From Halorarum halobium (GTDB lineage: Archaea; Halobacteriota; Halobacteria; Halobacteriales; Haloferacaceae): 20,000 nt of DNA. Made by a program: the position numbers and the translations under genes. Shown piece by piece: positions 16,635 through 20,000 of this stretch. A model generated the notes under the pieces. The model searched no databases, was not told the origin of the DNA, and saw nothing but the letters and a program-made list of their open reading frames with translations. Every line of letters begins with the position of its first letter. Position 1 is the stretch's first letter. The stretch covers positions 176,100-196,099 of the forward strand of contig NZ_CP134951.1 of NCBI RefSeq assembly GCF_032116555.1, in the 5' to 3' direction.

Positions 16635-17687
16635 GTGTCCGTGCGGAAACAACGACCGGAAGGGGGCGGCCGTTCGCGCCGGCGGTTCCTGCGAGCGACC
16701 GGCGTGGCGGGCGCGGCCGGGCTTGCGGGCTGTCTGCGCGGCTGGTCGCCCGCGGGGGCGACCGGAGACGACGCCGGCGAGGAGTCGCCGACCGTCGCCG
16801 TCCTCTCGGCTGGCAGCCTCCAGCACGCGCTCGAACGCGGGCTCGAACCCGCGGTCGACGTCCCGGTCCGGATCGAGTCGCACGGCTCGGCGACCGTCGC
16901 CCGGCTGATCGACGAGGGGCAGCGCGACCCCGACATCGTCACCGTCGCCGACACGGCGCTGTTCGAGCGGCCGCTGTCGCCGCCGTGGTACTCGGTGTTC
17001 ACGAGCAACGCCGTCGTCCTCGCGTACAACCCCGACACGGCGGGCGGACGCCGGGTCGCCGGCGCGAGCCCCGAGCGGTGGTACGAGCCGCTGGTCGAGC
17101 GCGAGGTGCGGCTCGGCCGGACCGACCCCGACCAGGACCCGCTGGGCTATCGCACGCTGTTCGCGCTCGAACTCGCCTCGCGGTACTACGACGACGCGCC
17201 GGACCTGCGGGAGCGAATCCCGCGCCGGGAGCAGATCTACCCCGAGACGGGGCTGCTCAGCCGGTTCGAGACCGGCTCGATCGACGCCGCGTTCGCCTAC
17301 CGGAACATGGCCGTCGAGCGCGACTACGAGTACGTCGCCCTCCCGGACGAGATCGACCTGGGCGACCCGGGGTACGACGACGGCTGGTACTCGACGGTCT
17401 CCTACGAACTGCCGAGCGGACAGGTCGTCCGCGGCGGGCCCATCGAGTACGCGTCGACGATCCGCCGGATGAGCGACGCCGCGCGCTCGGTGTTCGCCGT
17501 CCACACGACGGGCTCGTACCTCGCGGAGTCCGGGTTCGTGGGCAGCGACCGGTTCCCGCGCTACGAGGGCGCGGTCCCCGACGAGGTGCGGCGGGCGACG
17601 GACGGATCGAACGGCAGCCGATCGAACCGCCCGCCGACCGAACGCGCGCCCGGCGACGCCGTCTCGGAAATCACGGTCCTGATCTGA
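16635..17687 (+). CDS. wtpA: Tungstate/molybdate ABC transporter substrate-binding lipoprotein (WtpA-type)
   Basis: SRRRFL TAT signal plus LAGC; 'AGSL', 'HGS', 'TDPDQDPLGYR', 'PET', 'LPDEIDLG'. Confidence 0.88.
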   Translation: MSVRKQRPEGGGRSRRRFLRATGVAGAAGLAGCLRGWSPAGATGDDAGEESPTVAVLSAGSLQHALERGLEPAVDVPVRIESHGSATVARLIDEGQRDPDIVTVADTALFERPLSPPWYSVFTSNAVVLAYNPDTAGGRRVAGASPERWYEPLVEREVRLGRTDPDQDPLGYRTLFALELASRYYDDAPDLRERIPRREQIYPETGLLSRFETGSIDAAFAYRNMAVERDYEYVALPDEIDLGDPGYDDGWYSTVSYELPSGQVVRGGPIEYASTIRRMSDAARSVFAVHTTGSYLAESGFVGSDRFPRYEGAVPDEVRRATDGSNGSRSNRPPTERAPGDAVSEITVLI

Positions 17688-17693
17688 CCAACC

Positions 17694-18500
17694 ATGGCAA
17701 CACGAACGACGCACCGGGGGTGGCTCCGCTCGCTCGACTGGCTGTCGATGGCGCTCGCGCTGGGCGGGCTGTTGCTCGTCTACTACCTCGCGCCGATGGC
17801 GTCGCTGTTCCTGTCGGCGTCGCCGGCCGAGGTGCTCGGCGGGCTGTCCGACCCGACCGTCCGATCGGCGGCGACGACGTCGCTGCTGTCGGCCTCCATC
17901 ACCACGGCGCTCGCCACGGTCCTTGGCCTCCCGCTCGCGTACTGGCTCGCGCGCGCCGAGACGCGCTGGACGACCGCCGTCCTCGCCGCCGCCGTGCTCC
18001 CGCTGGTGCTCCCGCCGACCGTCGGCGGGGTCGTGTTGCTCACCGTGTTCGGCCCCGACACGCCCATCGGCGGGGCGGCCGCCGCCGCGGGCCTCCCGCT
18101 CACCCGGTCGCTCGCGGGCGTGGTGCTCGCCCAGACGTTCGTCGCGTCGCCGTTCGTCGTCGTGACGGCCAAGGCGGCCTTCGAGAGCGTCGACCGGACG
18201 CTCGAACACGCCTCGCGCTCGCTGGGCAAGAGCCGCTGGCGGACCGCCCGCCACGTGACGCTGCCGCTCGCCGGACCGGGGATCCTCGCCGGGATGACGC
18301 TCGCGTTCGCGCGGGCGATGGGCGAGTTCGGCGCGACGATGATGGTGGCGTACTACCCGCGGACGATGCCGGTCGAGATCTGGGTGTCGTTCCAGGCGCT
18401 CGGGCTCGAGCGCGCCTACCCGGTGGCGATACTGCTGGTCGTGATCGCCGTCGGGGCGCTCCTGCTCTTCAACACCGTCGCGTCGAACCCCTGGGCATGA
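17694..18500 (+). CDS. wtpB: Tungstate/molybdate ABC transporter permease (WtpB/ModB)
   Basis: 'LPLVLPPTVGG', 'LAQTFVASPF', EAA-like loop 'LEHASRSLG', 'FARAMGEFGAT'. Confidence 0.9.
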   Translation: MATRTTHRGWLRSLDWLSMALALGGLLLVYYLAPMASLFLSASPAEVLGGLSDPTVRSAATTSLLSASITTALATVLGLPLAYWLARAETRWTTAVLAAAVLPLVLPPTVGGVVLLTVFGPDTPIGGAAAAAGLPLTRSLAGVVLAQTFVASPFVVVTAKAAFESVDRTLEHASRSLGKSRWRTARHVTLPLAGPGILAGMTLAFARAMGEFGATMMVAYYPRTMPVEIWVSFQALGLERAYPVAILLVVIAVGALLLFNTVASNPWA

Positions 18501-19564
18501 CGCTCGAACTGTCCCGACTGTCGAAGACGTACGGCGGGTTCTCGTTCGGCCCCGTCGACCTGACCGTCGAGACCGAGGTTCTGGCGGTGCTGGGGCCCTC
18601 GGGCAGCGGCAAGACGACGCTCCTCTCGGCGGTCGCGGGGATCGCCGATCCCGATTCGGGGTCGATCCGGCTCGACGGGCGGGAGCTGGTCGGCCGGTCG
18701 CCCGAGGACCGACGCGTCGGGATGGTGTTCCAGGAGGGGGCGCTGTTCCCGCACATGACCGCCCGGGAGAACGTCGAGTACGCGGCCGTCTCCGCCGACC
18801 GCGTCGACGAACTCGCGGCGGTGCTCGAACTGGACGGGGTCCTCGACCGGCCGCCCGCGACGCTCTCTGGCGGCGAGCGCCAGCGGGTCGCGCTCGCACG
18901 AACGCTGGCCGCGGACCCGGACGCGCTGCTGCTCGACGAACCGCTGTCGAGCCTCGACGCCCCGATCCGGAAGCGCCTCCGCGACGAACTCCACGGCCTG
19001 TTCGAGTCGCTCGACGTCCCGATCCTCTACGTCACGCACGACCAGCGGACCGCGACGGCGCTGGGCGACCGGATCGCCATCGTTCGGGACGGCAGCATCG
19101 AACAGATCGGGTCGCCCTCGCGGGTGCTCGACCGGCCCGCCAGCCGGTTCGTCGCGCGCTTTACCGGCACCGAGAACGTCCTCGAGGGCAGGGTGACCGA
19201 GCGGACCGGGGACGGCGCGTCGGTCCGGGTCGGCGACGTTCCGTTCCGGACCGGCGCGTCGGACTCCAGTATCGCTCCCGACGCGCCAGTCACGGTCTGT
19301 ATCCACCCGGCGCGGGTCGAGCTCCGGGCCCCCGACGGAGCCGGCGAAGCCGAGGCGGCGAGCGCCGTCGCCGGGACCGTCGACCGCTGGGTGAACGAGG
19401 GGAACGAGTACCGGGTCGACGTCGACGCGGGGTCGTTTACGATCACCGCGAGCGTTCGCCCGCCGACGTTCGAGCGACTGGGGATCGACGCCGGCGCCGA
19501 ACTCCGGGTGCTGATTCCCCGGGAGTCGATCCATCTGATTCCTGAGCAGGGGAGTCCTCGATAG
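18497..19564 (+). CDS. wtpC: Tungstate/molybdate ABC transporter ATP-binding protein (WtpC/ModC) with C-terminal TOBE-like region
   Basis: ATGA overlap start at 18497. GPSGSGKTT, LSGGERQR, LLLDEP, VTHD. Confidence 0.9.
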   Translation: MTLELSRLSKTYGGFSFGPVDLTVETEVLAVLGPSGSGKTTLLSAVAGIADPDSGSIRLDGRELVGRSPEDRRVGMVFQEGALFPHMTARENVEYAAVSADRVDELAAVLELDGVLDRPPATLSGGERQRVALARTLAADPDALLLDEPLSSLDAPIRKRLRDELHGLFESLDVPILYVTHDQRTATALGDRIAIVRDGSIEQIGSPSRVLDRPASRFVARFTGTENVLEGRVTERTGDGASVRVGDVPFRTGASDSSIAPDAPVTVCIHPARVELRAPDGAGEAEAASAVAGTVDRWVNEGNEYRVDVDAGSFTITASVRPPTFERLGIDAGAELRVLIPRESIHLIPEQGSPR

Positions 19565-20000
19565 GCTATTCAGCCGGTCCGCGGCCGATGCCGCTCCGGT
19601 GGAGAGCGACGCACCCGGAGTGGCAGCCGGACCCGCCAGCGTTCGAACATGTATATAGCGTGTGATGGTGTACGAACCCCGATTTCGGCCGCAACGGGAC
19701 GCGACGGGGTCGGACCGTTCACGCCACGATGGGCGACGCGCCGTGGCCACCGCGGCCCGCCCGTGAGTACCGGGGGTGCGTCGGACGGACGATCCAGCCG
19801 ATCGTACTGTGCCGGGTCGGACGGCCGACCCGGTTCGGGAAGTTCGAGCGCGTGGGACAGTTCGTCCGGGTTGTCGGGTGCGGACGGGAAAGCGGTCCGA
19901 AGAGTCCCGGAGAGCCGAACTGCGCGAGCCGTCAGAACGGGGTGAGAGGGCAGAGACCAGCGAACGAGGAAACCCATCCAAACTGTACGAACTGGACAAC

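Noticed and set aside
16469..18496. 1031-aa ORF suggesting a giant ATPase fusion
   Set aside because: The upstream part is an off-frame read of wtpA/wtpB. The real start is the ATGA overlap at 18497. The same applies to ORF 10455..12305, whose real start is 11229.
3128..18899. Many long antisense or alternative-frame ORFs (e.g. 3128..4969, 8375..9928, 12247..13722, 16341..18899)
   Set aside because: Expected stop-poor shadows of high-GC coding sequence; each overlaps a well-supported gene.
19570..19977. 135-aa minus-strand and 98-aa plus-strand ORFs
   Set aside because: Pro/Arg/Ser/Gly-rich with atypical codon use and no recognisable domain.

Overview
High-GC (about 70% by eye) DNA with acidic proteins, TAT-lipoprotein signals and Bat-type HTH regulators, so almost certainly a halophilic archaeon (Halobacteria). 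From left to right: (1) the 3' end of an ABC-2 permease, a (GGGT)4 tract and an EamA/DMT transporter; (2) a ~490-bp non-coding element made of two inverted, diverged copies of a structured repeat whose stems covary; (3) a large acyl-CoA-related cluster: MaoC hydratase divergent from alpha/beta-hydrolase plus acyl-CoA synthetase, a Bat-like regulator, a Liv-type ABC importer and a FabH-like condensing enzyme with a Cys-His-His triad. The two halves of this cluster carry an identical 17-bp putative operator and are interrupted by small accessory genes. (4) An orphan ABC-2 permease; (5) a ModE-like regulator divergent from a WtpABC/ModABC tungstate/molybdate transporter. Best leads are the shared-operator regulon, the covarying inverted-repeat element and a probable AUU start codon for livM.
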